Part shown: one piece after another, positions 46,748-59,834 of the stretch
Numbering within the stretch: the first letter of the stretch is position 1
Layout of the letters: each line of letters starts with the position of its first letter
Assembly (NCBI GenBank): GCA_964016885.1
Contig: OZ024757.1
Coordinates: forward strand, 16,740,001 to 16,804,000
Direction: 5' to 3'
Source of the DNA: Eledone cirrhosa
Lineage: Eukaryota
DNA length: 64,000 nt
The notes under the pieces: model-generated
What the model was told of the DNA's origin: nothing
Databases searched by the model: none
Seen by the model: the letters and a program-made list of their open reading frames with translations, nothing else
Position numbers and translations under genes: made by a program

Positions 46748-47135
46748 TTCAATACACCATAATCTCAGATCAAGTCACTTGTCAGACATATACAACTGTG
46801 GCTCAAATGACTCTCCCATGATGTAATCGTTTTAGTTTCAATACACCATAATCTCAGATCAAGTCACTTGTCAGACATATACAACTGTGGCTCAAATGAC
46901 TCTCCCATGATGTAATTGTTTTAGTTTCAATACACCATAATCTCAGATCAAGTCACTTGTCAGACATATACAACTGTGGCTCAAATGACTCTCCCATGAT
47001 GTAATTGTTTTAGTTTCAATACACCATAATCTCAGATCAAGTCACTTGTCAGACATATACAACTGTGGCTCAAATGACTCTCCCATGATGTAATTGTTTT
47101 AGTTTCAACACACAGTCTTAGATCAAGTCGTTTGC
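46748..47135. repeat. 89-bp tandem repeat, about 4.4 copies
   Basis: Unit starts at 46748, 46837, 46926, 47015 and 47104. Confidence 0.95.
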
Positions 47136-47307
47136 CAGACAAGTAAATAAGCTAATATGTGCTTAATTCCTTGTGTAGTCGTAGGGACACCGCCTTGAAT
47201 CATAGCGTATCTCGGCCATCTTTATATTGGCGGAGCCCATCCCTATCCAGATCAAAACACAAAAGAATTTCTTCTTCTTCTTCTTCTTCTTCTTCTTCTT
47301 CTTCTTC

Positions 47308-47398
<91 letters not shown>

Positions 47399-47813
47399 CG
47401 GTAGAAGAATCAATACCAATATTAGACTTATACTTTATTTATCGACCTCGAAAGAATGTAAAGCAAAGGTGAGCTGAGAGGGATTCGAACTCAGACAGCT
47501 GTGACCCGAAACAAATAGCTAGGCTCACCAGATAGCTTCATGTGTATACATGTGTATACATTTGTACATGTGTGTATACATTTGATTGTGTGTATGCATA
47601 TGGCTATTGATACCTGATCGTGTATGTAAGCATACATGTATGCATTTATATATATGAGTGTGCGTGTGTGTGTACACATTTGAGTGTGTGTATAGGTATG
47701 TATGTATACATTTGATGTGTATAGGTATGTATGTATACATTTGATCGAATGTATGCATATGCCTGTTGTTATTTGGACGTGTGTGTGAATATATGTATAT
47801 ACATTTGGATGTT

Positions 47814-47884
<71 letters not shown>

Positions 47885-47893
<9 letters not shown>

Positions 47894-47978
47894 CGTATTT
47901 GAACCTTCGTTTGCATATATAGGTATATATTTGATATAACCTATATATGCAAACGAAGGTTCAAATACGCACACACAC
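47885..47978. repeat. Hairpin with ~40-bp arms bounded by (TG)n/(CA)n
   Basis: gcgtatttgaaccttcgtttgcatatataggt and its reverse complement. Confidence 0.85.
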
Positions 47979-48486
47979 AACACACATTTTATCGGATATA
48001 TGTATGTACATGTGTGTTCGAGTATGTGTGCATAGATCTGCGTATATTTTCGTACTTGTGTGCGCATGCGTATGTTGATGGCTCGAATCAACATATGACA
48101 TATTCGACACGACCATTCAGTAAAGCTCTTCTACCAGATCGATACAGACATTAAATCTCTGAATCAATTGAACCAATAATGAACGACAAAATCCTCAATC
48201 AGTGTTTGACATGATGCTTCCTTCCATTATTGAACATATTGACATTTTGGTTTTTGTCCTGAAAGAATCCTGCCAGAATTCCTGATTGCTATTATAAAAA
48301 TATAGATGACAGTCCCTGATATCTCACCATTCCCTTTTATAAACATCCTTTGCTGTTTTGATTTCTCTCTATTTTTTATTACCATTATATAGCTCTTTCA
48401 TTATAACATTATCGTTATGTAATTGCCATTACTGCTATCACTGTGTATAAATATACAAATGTGTATGTGTGTATATATATACGCAA

Positions 48487-48586
<100 letters not shown>

Positions 48587-48592
48587 CATATA

Positions 48593-49432
48593 CAGGGTGC
48601 GGACGATATTTGTTCGCAAGATTACTGTCTAGGAAAAATTACTATAGTTTTACTTTTTAAAATATATTAATCAAACTTGGCTCAGTTTGTCTTCATGATT
48701 TGTTCTTTCGATCTCACTCGATAAACCGGCCATTGGCTTTGATGACGGCCTCAAGGCGGCCTCGGAACCGGCTACAGGCCTTCATCACTCTCCCCCGGCT
48801 TAGGCCCCTAAAGACACTTGTGATCCTGGCCTTCAGATCGTCTTTCGTATTGCAGCTAGATCTGTTGGTGTCTCGTTCCACTGCGCCCCACACAAAGAAG
48901 TCGAGGGAGTTGCAGTCAGGCGAGCTGGGAGGCCAGATGTCAGGTGAAGTGTGGTCGACGAAGTTCTCTGACAGCCAGGCTTGGGTCTTTCGGCTGGTAT
49001 GGCAGGGCGCTGAGTCTTGCTGCCACACGTATGGCCCACCTGCAGCTACTTGGTCGATCCAGGGCTTTACTATCTCGCTCAGAACGCGGATGTAGCCATC
49101 GGTGTTCAGCTTGAGGCCCTCAGGGAAGAAGTGAGGTGGCATGACGTCACCTTGACTGCTGATGACACCTAAGACCAATGTTGTCGCTGGAAACTTTGTC
49201 TGCATGGCTCTAGGCACGTCTTTGGATGAGACAGCGAGCCACTTGTTGTTCTGGGAGGTGATCTTCTGGTCTTGGCAGAAGTTTTTTCTCGTCGGAGAAA
49301 AACCACAGCATGTCTGGCTCCAGTGGGTGTTTCAACTTGTTGATCAGCTTCTTTGCGTGCTTCAGTCGCTTTTCTTGCATCGCCTTTGACAGAAATTGTC
49401 CTTTCTTCATCTTGTATGAAACGTAGCGAATG
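48593..49432 (-). mobile_element. maT (DD37D) IS630-Tc1-mariner transposon remnant; frameshifted transposase pseudogene
   Basis: WFFSDEK (49210-49410) plus QQDSAPCH...WPPSSPDCNSLD (48714-49217), with 37 residues between the 2nd and 3rd D; TA-CAGGGTG terminus at 48591. Confidence 0.9.
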
Positions 49433-49694
49433 TATAATCGTTCTTTCTTTCCTCTTCTATCTTTCTCCTTTCTTTTTTCTTCTTTTTTCTCTCTCCCTCA
49501 CATATCACCTTCTTCCAACAGTTTAATTTAAATAAACCGTTATCTTTTCAACCTTTCGGACACTCATTTGCATATTCACTCATAAGTTTGTATCACCCTC
49601 AATAAATGTAATATCTCCACTATCCAGGAAGCTCCAACCGTTAAGGTTGTCTTTTTTTCCGGGTATGTCAATATTTATTTATAAAACAAATCTG

Positions 49695-49760
49695 TATTTT
49701 ATCTGATGAAAGCGCATCATAATTTGCCTTGGTTGCCCTTGAAATATGTATAATAAAATA
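49695..49760 (+). ncRNA. Type I hammerhead, family F
   Basis: tattttat CTGATGA aagcgca..tgccctt GAAA tatgtata ataaaata, with a perfect 8-bp stem I. Confidence 0.8.
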
Positions 49761-49805
49761 AATTTGGTTTTATAAATATAGTTTCCATTTATTAATATAT
49801 TGTGT

Positions 49806-49998
49806 GGATTGGCGGTGGATTGGCAGTATCAGTAGAGGGTCGGACGCCATGCTTTCCAGCATAGTTACGTCCCTTTACGATCTGAGTTCAAATCCCGCCG
49901 AGGTTGACTTTGCCTTTCATCCTTACGGGGTCGATAAAATAAAGTACCAGTAATGCACTGGGTAATTGCTGGCCTTGTGCCTAAAGTAGAGACAATTC
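49806..49998 (+). mobile_element. SINE family A inserted into a family F element, 11-bp TSD
   Basis: TSD atatattgtgt at 49795-49805 and 49999-50009. Confidence 0.92.
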
Positions 49999-50095
49999 AT
50001 ATATTGTGTATTTACTCCACTAATTTGTTGAGTTCTTTATATCAGTTATAAAAATGTTTAAGCTTGTTGAATCCCAACAAATTAAATATAACCTC

Positions 50096-50135
<40 letters not shown>

Positions 50136-50140
50136 TACAA

Positions 50141-50260
<120 letters not shown>

Positions 50261-50322
50261 ATATATATATATATGTATATATATATAATATAAGATCAAA
50301 AGATGGTTAAAAGAGTTCCAAG

Positions 50323-50393
50323 TATTTAATTATGCGCATTTCAAAAACAAATATCATCATGGGATGATATTTGCGTTCTCATCAGATAAAATA
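50323..50393 (-). ncRNA. Type I hammerhead, family G
   Basis: Reverse complement reads tattttat CTGATGA gaac gcaaatatcatc-ccat-gatgatatttgt tttt GAAA tgcgcat a attaaata. Confidence 0.8.
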
Positions 50394-50915
50394 GGGAGAC
50401 ATGATATGAAGCTTAAAAAACACTTGCGAGCAGTGAAGCGTAATATCAACATATACATGCATTGCTTTATTGTGCTACAATAAAACTCACCTCCTTTAAT
50501 TTGGCCAGAGATTTACATTCCCAATCGCCTTTTAAAGCGTAACTTTCCGTATTTACTACGTTTATGAGATGCGGCTTGTTATTTGAGTATCACTTCTGTT
50601 TTTAGCCTAAGAAAATATCTATATGCGTGTGTAATTAATACACGCATACATTTATTTTTTAATTTCAATTGAGTTCTTAACACGTTGGATTGATAACGTT
50701 TTTGAAAAAACTAATTAACCCACGTGTATATTATTTTCTTTTCTCGTGAATCGTGGTTGTCTCCCTTTCCCGCTTCGTGACGCTATGATACTTCCTCAGT
50801 CAAAAGACTGCTGGAATTTCAAATTTGGCGGTCACTCGATGCGTGAAGGAGCAGCTTAGCAGACACGATTTTTAACTGCGGTAAGAATTTTTTCTTATAT
50901 CAAAGTTTAATGGGC

Positions 50916-51040
50916 TTCCACTGAAGATTTATAAGTGCCCACCTAAATATATTCTTACATGAATATATGTTAGGCTTCTACATAAACTGGAAACATTCTC
51001 CCAATTTATAGAAAACTTATAATGAAACAATTGTTTGGAA
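50916..51040 (+). ncRNA. Type I hammerhead with ~95-nt stem II domain
   Basis: ttcca CTGAAGA t ttataagt...acttataa t GAAAC aatt GTT tggaa; the downstream tail 51055-51225 also occurs at about 29980-30150. Confidence 0.7.
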
Positions 51041-51221
51041 AGAGAGATATACTTTAACTTTAATTATATCTCATAAAATAATACAACTGGCTTTCCACAA
51101 AATACATATAGTTAGCACCCCAAACACTTAAATTGGGTTTATACTAACATATAACCTAATGTTTGTTGAGTGAGATGGTTACCAGTCGGAGTTTAGCTTT
51201 AAGCTATCTCTGTTATAGTAT

Positions 51222-51280
<59 letters not shown>

Positions 51281-51380
51281 TTTTTTTTAGTATATGTTGG
51301 TTGTTTACCGTCACCTCAGTATGCAGAATGGAGCACTCGACGAAGTGCGCAGGTTGGTTTGGTTACTCCGGAGTAATGTC

Positions 51381-51778
51381 AAATAAATTAAAATAAATAA
51401 GTCAAATATTTAAAATTTGGCTTCGTTTATTACTGCTATATATATTTCGGTGACAGCCATCTTTGGCTGTGACCTCTTCAGGCAGTCCGAATTAGTGTGG
51501 TAGAGACGAGTACACATGTTGTTGAGGTGTTTAACTTTGTCAATACGATTTGTAAATATGATTCCAGTTCCTCATAGAAACAACAACCCAACCAGGAACT
51601 GGGCATATCAGAGTATTGACAAAGTTAAACACCTCAACAACATGTGTACTCGTCTCTACCACACTAATTCGGACTGCCTGAAGAGGTCACAGCCAAAGAT
51701 GGCTGTCATCGAAATATATATAGCAGTAATAAACGAAGCCAAATTTTAAATATTTGACTTATTTATTTTTATTTATTT

Positions 51779-51811
<33 letters not shown>

Positions 51812-52121
51812 GTATATGTATATATACAAAATTAAGTATGTGTGTGTGTCTGTGTATTACCTATAGGGGCCTACATATTACGACCGATTTTCATGAAACG
51901 TTACAGTCATACTCCAGTTCCCCAGTGAATTAACAACCCAACAAGGAACTGGGCATATCAGAGTATTGACAATATCATACACCTAAACAACATATGTACT
52001 TGTCTATACCATACTAATTCAAACTGCCTGAAGAGGTCACAGCCAAAGATGGCTGTCACTGAAATATATATAGCAGTAATAAACGAAGCTAAATTTTAAT
52101 CATTTGACTTTTATTTAACTT

Positions 52122-52125
<4 letters not shown>
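51381..52125. mobile_element. Family E cluster: ~165-bp inverted repeat (51381-51546 / 51613-51779) plus a third copy (51912-52125); hammerheads at 51432-51486 (-), 51673-51727 (+) and 52023-52077 (+)
   Basis: actgc CTGAAGA ggtc acagcca-aaga-tggctgt catc GAAA tatatata gcagt; related to the 7970 motif. Confidence 0.85.
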
Positions 52126-52213
<88 letters not shown>

Positions 52214-52599
52214 ACACATGCACATATATATATATATATCAATTTATCCCTCTCTGTGCATTTCGCTCTCTTTCTCTCTTTCTCTTTTTCTCTCTTTCTC
52301 TTTTTCCCTAGTCCTACACCCACCGCTCTCTCACGCATACACCCCCACACCCATCCACACACATTACCCCCACACACACCACACATACCCCCCACACCAC
52401 ACACATACCCCCCCCCCCCCTACACACACACACAGACAGCCACCCACCCACACACACACACACACCGATAACCTGTCAGTTTCGACAGAACGAAAACTAA
52501 AACTAAACATATCCACTATTTTGGTCAATTTCTTTATTATATTTCACTTAATTGGGGTTAGTTTAGTATCAGTGTGGTGTGGTGTGGTGGGGTGGGGTT

Positions 52600-52850
52600 G
52601 TAACAGTGTGATGGAGGTGGGGGTCAGGGTGGGCCCTGGGGTTGTAACAGTGTGATGGAGGTGGGCCCTGGGGTTAGTTTACTAACAGTGTGATGTAGGT
52701 GGGCCGTGGGGTTTAGTTTACTAACAGTGTGGTGGTTGTGGGCCCTGGGGTTAGTTTACTAACAGTGTGGTGGTTGTGGGCCCTGGGGTTAGTTTACTAA
52801 CAGTGTGGTGGTTGTGGGCCCTGGGGTTAGTTTACTAACAGTGTGATGGG
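52600..52850. repeat. ~38-bp G-rich tandem repeat
   Basis: aacagtgtggtggttgtgggccctggggttagtttact recurs. Confidence 0.85.
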
Positions 52851-53149
52851 CGTGGGGTGGGGCAGGGGCCCGTGTTTAGTTTTTTGTTATTTCTTTCTGT
52901 TGTGATTTTATTTTTTATTTTGTCTTCTAAAGACGAAAATAAAAATATTTATTTTGAAAAGAAAACGATTAAATTTTACGAAAAAAAACAATTAAAAATA
53001 GAAAATCTTTAAATATGAGGAAGACATGTCTTAAAAGATTATTGAAATCAATCTAAATTTAAATTTTTTGTCGACATCTTTCGACGGTTGGCAGTCGAGC
53101 GAGGGAGTGGGGGGGGGGGGGGGGGGTTTACTTGGTTGTTGATGTTATT

Positions 53150-53355
53150 AGCAGTATCGGTAGAGGGTCGGACGCCATGTTTTGCAGCATAGAGTTACGG
53201 CCCTTTATGATCTGAGTGCAAATCTCGCTGAGGTTAACTTTGCCTTTCATCCTTACGGGGGTCGATAAAATAAAGTACCAGTCACGCACTGGAGTCGATT
53301 TAATAGACTTTCTCCTTCCCTTCAAATTGCTGGCCTTGTGCCTGTACTAGAAATC
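53150..53355 (+). mobile_element. SINE family A
   Basis: Head and central domain match. Confidence 0.85.
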
Positions 53356-53382
53356 ATTATTACTGTTGCTGTTGTTGTTGTT

Positions 53383-53584
53383 ATTCGAGGATTGGCTGAA
53401 AGGTTCATAGACTGACCAAGGTACTCTCATGGAATGACCAAATGAGGTTCATATTTCAACATAGTCCCTGGAAAGGATGCAGTTATTAATAAGAATAGTT
53501 TAAATTAATGCATGCAAGATTTCACAGCTCTAGCATCGTCACTCCTTCATAGTCAGCCAGTGAAGTTCTCAGCCGACCCTCATA
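53383..53584. mobile_element. Mariner-type MITE (~200 bp)
   Basis: Imperfect TIRs cgaggattggctgaaaggttcatagactgac / gtcagccagtgaagttctcagccgaccctcata. Confidence 0.75.
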
Positions 53585-53996
53585 GATAGATTTGGGGGTT
53601 CTCATTTTTATAAACGGTGAAATTGTAAAGGATTATGTGGGCGGAGAGGAAGAAGCATGGCGGTGTTTAATCGGATTCAGACATGGATGTGTTGTTATGA
53701 GGACTCAATATGGGTGTGTGTTTAAGAGGATTCGAGTATGACTTGGGGGTGTTTAAAGGAGTGTGTGCATAGGTGTGCAGTCATATGATGGTGTGTAACA
53801 TATAACAGTAAAAAGCAGATAGGAACGATCATATTAGATCGTTAACCGTCGCTACGTTGCCGGTGAAACACACACACACACGCACGCACACACACACATA
53901 CACACGCACACACACGCACGCACACACACACGCACGCACACACACAAACACACGCACACACGCACGCACGCACACACACACACAAACACACACACG

Positions 53997-54027
<31 letters not shown>

Positions 54028-54036
54028 GCACGCACG

Positions 54037-54077
<41 letters not shown>

Positions 54078-54125
54078 ACACGCGCACGCACAAACACACA
54101 CACGCGCACGCACGCACACACACAC

Positions 54126-54179
<54 letters not shown>

Positions 54180-54517
54180 CCAACAAAAAAACTATATGTA
54201 TAAATATGGGGCAATGGAAGCATTTCTGAATTGGGAGAGAGGACAAATTTGGACAATTTAGTTGTAGTGATTAGTTTAGCTGTTTGCAGTCTAAAATGGT
54301 CAGAAAACTTCGATATGCGATAAACATAACATGTACGTAAATTGTAGCGCATATACAAATAGATGTGTTTTAGTAGGGGTTTTTTTGTTGGGGGAGGGGG
54401 AGGATATAATTATTGGTGCGGGATCTATGACCCCTTTTCTCCTCTCCCTCCAGTTCCACCGCCCCTGGCGTATAAGTGTGACAGGCAGACAGACGGAGAA
54501 ACAGCTCTTCGTTTATA

Positions 54518-54700
54518 ATTGTTTCTACTTTTTGGCACAAGGCCAGCAATTATCCCAGTGCATTACTGGTACTTTATTTTATCGATCCCGTAAGGATGAA
54601 AGGCAAAGTTAACCTCAGCGGGATTTGAACTCAGATCATAAAGGGCCGCAACTCTTTGCTGCAAAGCATAGCGTCCGATCTTCTACCGATTCTGCTAATC
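54518..54700 (-). mobile_element. SINE family A
   Basis: Full-length match. Confidence 0.85.
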
Positions 54701-54905
54701 CTCCAATATAGATTAATAAATATTTTACAAACACTGCCAAGAATACATTTTCGGGCAAAGTTTATCAAAGAGCTCAATAAATGTGTACATGCAGTCGAGT
54801 TACAGGAAATGTTAAGCTATCGTAATACAATGTAAACGAAACGACACATAAAAGTAATCGAAATATACATATTGAAATAAATACATTTTCTCCATAGACA
54901 TACAG

Positions 54906-54986
<81 letters not shown>

Positions 54987-55477
54987 TTAACACAAATCAA
55001 TATATTTGATAAACACAAATATCCTCATATTTATGTTTGTATTGTAAATGACCAAGTTAGCTAGATAGAAATATACTAATAATAATATTACAGTTTGCCT
55101 ATCATGACTTAAGATAATACATCATAAATCAACAAAAACAAATTGTATTGGCAATGGCCGTGGTGCTTGGACAAATTTAAGTTTCAAAATCAAACCTGTT
55201 CCGTAGACAGGTTTAAACCTTAAAATCCAAATATGTTTCGAATAATGAAAAAGTGGAAGAAAATACCGCATTTTGATTTCCTCAGCAAGCACTATAAAAA
55301 TTGGTATGTTCCACTTCAAAATATTTAGGAAGACTGTTTAGCGCACGAGGTAACCTCATGCGGTTATCCAGTGTCTAGTTAGCCTCATACTCGTGCTGCT
55401 AGAAATTGGTTCCTTTACCGGTTTCGCAGTTCTTGTGCTTTTCAAAAGTAGAATTGAAATGGAGGGTTTGTGGTTTT

Positions 55478-55530
<53 letters not shown>

Positions 55531-55534
<4 letters not shown>

Positions 55535-55721
55535 AGTAAGTAAGACCCCGACGGCTGAGCTCAAGCCGTTTCGACGGCTAATTCTGTACAGAATTAGCCG
55601 TCGAAACGGCTTGAGCTCAGCCGTCGGGGTCTTACTTACTCCTATTACCCACTCTACTACCCTAAGTATTGAGTACTTTGGTGCGTTATGGTCCACCTGG
55701 TTTCTTACCACTTTTCCTTCG

Positions 55722-55722
<1 letters not shown>
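55531..55722 (+). mobile_element. Family C fold-back element between (TA)n tracts
   Basis: Spacerless palindrome centred on attctgtacagaat, then the family 3' tail. Confidence 0.8.
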
Positions 55723-55814
<92 letters not shown>

Positions 55815-55869
55815 GATTTAAAACTGCACTATCCACAAGTGTTTTTTAGCCTTCATATCATGTTCTCCT

Positions 55870-55939
55870 GTTTTATCTGATGAAAACACAAATATTATTG
55901 CATGATGATGTTTGTTTTTGAAATGCGCATAATAAAATA
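55870..55939 (+). ncRNA. Type I hammerhead, family G
   Basis: ttttat CTGATGA aaacacaaatattat..atgtttgttttt GAAA tgcgcat a ataaaa. Confidence 0.8.
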
Positions 55940-55967
55940 CGTGGAACTCCTTTAACCATCTTTTGAT

Positions 55968-56014
<47 letters not shown>

Positions 56015-56316
56015 GAAAGGTATAGAAAACATTGTAGCAAAAAGTCAACAGTATTCCATAGTATATAAGTGACTATAGCGTCAAAATGGGAAAAATAGTT
56101 AACGTAAGATGTGGGGAAAAAAAAAAATATATATATATATAATGATTTTATTAAAGCTAAATGGTGAGTCTTATTACTCTGGAGTATCGACGAAACTCCA
56201 GAGTAACATGATTCACTATTTAGCTTAAAATGAATATTTAAACTCTACTTCAGTATTGAGTACTCCTTTCTCTCGTCCGTCAACTACATACGTTTATACA
56301 TACGTGTATACACACG

Positions 56317-56350
<34 letters not shown>

Positions 56351-56427
56351 ACGAAGGAAATGTGGTAAGGAACCAGGTGGACCATAACGCACCAAAGTAC
56401 TCAATACTTGAGGTAGTAGAACTGGTT

Positions 56428-56481
<54 letters not shown>

Positions 56482-56573
56482 GGAGGTGAGTTTTATTGTA
56501 GTACAATAAAGCAATGCAGATATCGGATAAGAAGCACTCTACAGTTTGTAGGACTGGAGTATATATAGTATAT

Positions 56574-57091
<518 letters not shown>

Positions 57092-57407
57092 TGTTCTCTA
57101 CACACCTCTCACTCACGTTACAGACGTGACGAGAGATGGAGGTGGGTAAATAGGTCCGATGTTGTGGTTTCAATATGTCATCTTGTGTCCTTTCTCTCTC
57201 CTCGTTATGTGACGATTGAGGAGTTAGAAACACACAGCGAGGGAAAGATAATTTCACTCACACTCACACACACCTACATACACGCACACACACACACAAA
57301 CAAAGATGTACATATATAGCTGTAAGTATAAATATGTATGTGTATTTACATATATATATATATATACGATATTAAATAAATGGAAACTATATTTATAAAA
57401 CCATATT

Positions 57408-57472
57408 TATTTCATTATACATATTTCAGGGATACCAAATTAAAATATGGTATGCCTTCATCAGACAAAATA
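57408..57472 (-). ncRNA. Type I hammerhead, family F (element about 57366-57625)
   Basis: Same motif as 29690-29755. Confidence 0.75.
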
Positions 57473-57622
57473 CAATATATAAACAGTTTTATAAATAACT
57501 TTGACGTACCCTATTAAATGCAACCATTAATATCGTATATCTACTCCAAAAACTTGTCGAGTGCTTTATATCAGTTATAAAATATTTACTTGTTGTATCC
57601 CAACAATTTTAAATAGAACTTT

Positions 57623-57659
<37 letters not shown>

Positions 57660-57673
57660 ATGTGTGTATATAT

Positions 57674-57746
<73 letters not shown>

Positions 57747-57916
57747 CGTGAATGTGTGTGTGTAAGTTTTTAATTCTATATATATATAAATAAATATATA
57801 TATACATAAATAAATATACTTGCATATGTATGTATATATTAATATGCGTGTGTGTGTATGTATATATATGTGTGTATATATGTGCGTGTGTGTGTGTATA
57901 TATATGTGTGTATATA

Positions 57917-57966
<50 letters not shown>

Positions 57967-58195
57967 TATATAGTAGATATATATATTTATATAAATTCTC
58001 AATTATATTTGTGAGTATATATATTGTCAATTATATTTGTAGGGTGGATTTGTATATAAGTTCTTGTTAGTGTATATATATATATATATACAATATATGC
58101 AACCTTAACGGTTGGAGCTTCCTGGAAGCTCCAACCGGTAGGATTGTCTTTTTCCAGGGTATGTCAATATTTATTTATAAAACTAATCTGTATTA

Positions 58196-58261
58196 TATTT
58201 TATCTGATGAAAGCGCACCATAATCTACCTTGGTGGCCCTTGAAATATGTATAATGAAATA
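58196..58261 (+). ncRNA. Type I hammerhead, family F (element about 58100-58395)
   Basis: attttat CTGATGA aagcgcacca..tggtggccctt GAAA tatgtata atgaaat. Confidence 0.75.
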
Positions 58262-58392
58262 AATATGGTTTTATAAATATAGTTTCCATTTGTTAATATA
58301 TTGTATATTTACTCCAATAATTTGTTGAGTGCTTTATATCAGTTATAAAAATATTTTAGCTTGTTGTATCCCAACAAATTAAATATAACCTC

Positions 58393-58440
<48 letters not shown>

Positions 58441-59060
58441 GACACACACACACAAAGAGAGACAGATAGAGACAGAAAGAAAGATTTGCCTAAATAAAGT
58501 ATACATTTAAAGTATATGTGTGTACGTGTGTGTGTGTGAGTGTGTGTATGTGTGTGTGTCTGTGATAGTGTATGTATGTGAGTGTGTGTGAGTGTGTAGT
58601 GAGAGTATGTGTATGTGCGGGTGAGTGAGTGTGTGTGTGTGTGTGTGTGTCTACATGTGTTTCCACACTAAAAATGATGAAACCAGCCGCATTTCCGTAT
58701 TCCTCTCTTTTTCTCTTCACTCTCTTGTTGTTTGGTGTCAACATATTTAGTGTTCTTTCAAATTCAGATACCTCGGCTTTCATTCTTCTATGGGGGCTCT
58801 ATTTCTAGGTGTGTGTGTGTATTTGTATGTGTGTATTTGTATGTGTGTATGGATGTGTGTATTTGCATGTGTGTATGGATGTGTGTATTTGTATGTGTGT
58901 ATTTGTATGTTCGTGTGGGTGTGTATATTTGTGTGTGTATGTATGTGTGTGTGTGTGTATTATTGTTTGTGTATGTCTGCCAGAAAGAGATACTAGCGAA
59001 CTGTTTAACATTTTAACATGCGTGTGTATTAGAATAAAAGAGCGCGGCGTAGATAGATAG

Positions 59061-59122
<62 letters not shown>

Positions 59123-59140
59123 CTATCTATCTACGCCGCG

Positions 59141-59792
59141 AAAAGGATAAACGGAAAAAATGAAACGAAATTTCATTTCCCACTCTTAGTACGGCTGTTA
59201 CTTAAATATAAGTATGTACACGTACATACATATATGTATACAGACGTACAGTAGTATGTATATATATATACATACATGCACACATATATATATGTACGTA
59301 TGGATTCACCGAACATTTATTATAATGCTCGGTGTGTTTGGGAAATGAAATTTCGTTTCATTTTTTCCGTTTATCCTTTTCGGTGCACCCGGCCGATTAA
59401 CCCACTCGATATGCAAATTGGGCTACTCAGCCGTTAATATGCATAAGGTAAGTATTTACGTTCAACAATCTGGCAGGAAGGTATACACGTTGCTGACGAT
59501 AGCTAATAAGCTTGAAACTAGTACAGCGTTCCTTTGTCAGTGTTGAACAAACGAGCAACGATGGTTGCTAGACACTACGGCTTAATACGAGATGTTTGTT
59601 TACAAACACACCGGGCATTATAATAAATGTTCGGTGAATCCATACGTACATATATATATATGTGTGCATGTATGTATATATATATACATACTACTGTACG
59701 TCTGTATACATATATGTATGTACGTATACATACTTATATTTAAGTAACAGCCGTACTAAGAGTGGGAAATGAAATTTCGTTTCATTTTTTCC

Positions 59793-59798
<6 letters not shown>
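59141..59798 (+). mobile_element. 424-bp terminally redundant hammerhead monomer (59341-59798) preceded by a 200-bp inverted arm
   Basis: 59341-59374 equals 59765-59798; 59141-59340 is the reverse complement of the monomer end, reading on into the monomer start. Confidence 0.85.
59487..59529 (+). ncRNA. Type I hammerhead ribozyme, near-canonical minimal form
   Basis: acgttg CTGACGA t agct-aata-agct t GAAAC TA GTA cagcgt; stem III is the palindrome ACTAGT and the cleavage triplet is GUA. Confidence 0.85.
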
Positions 59799-59834
<36 letters not shown>

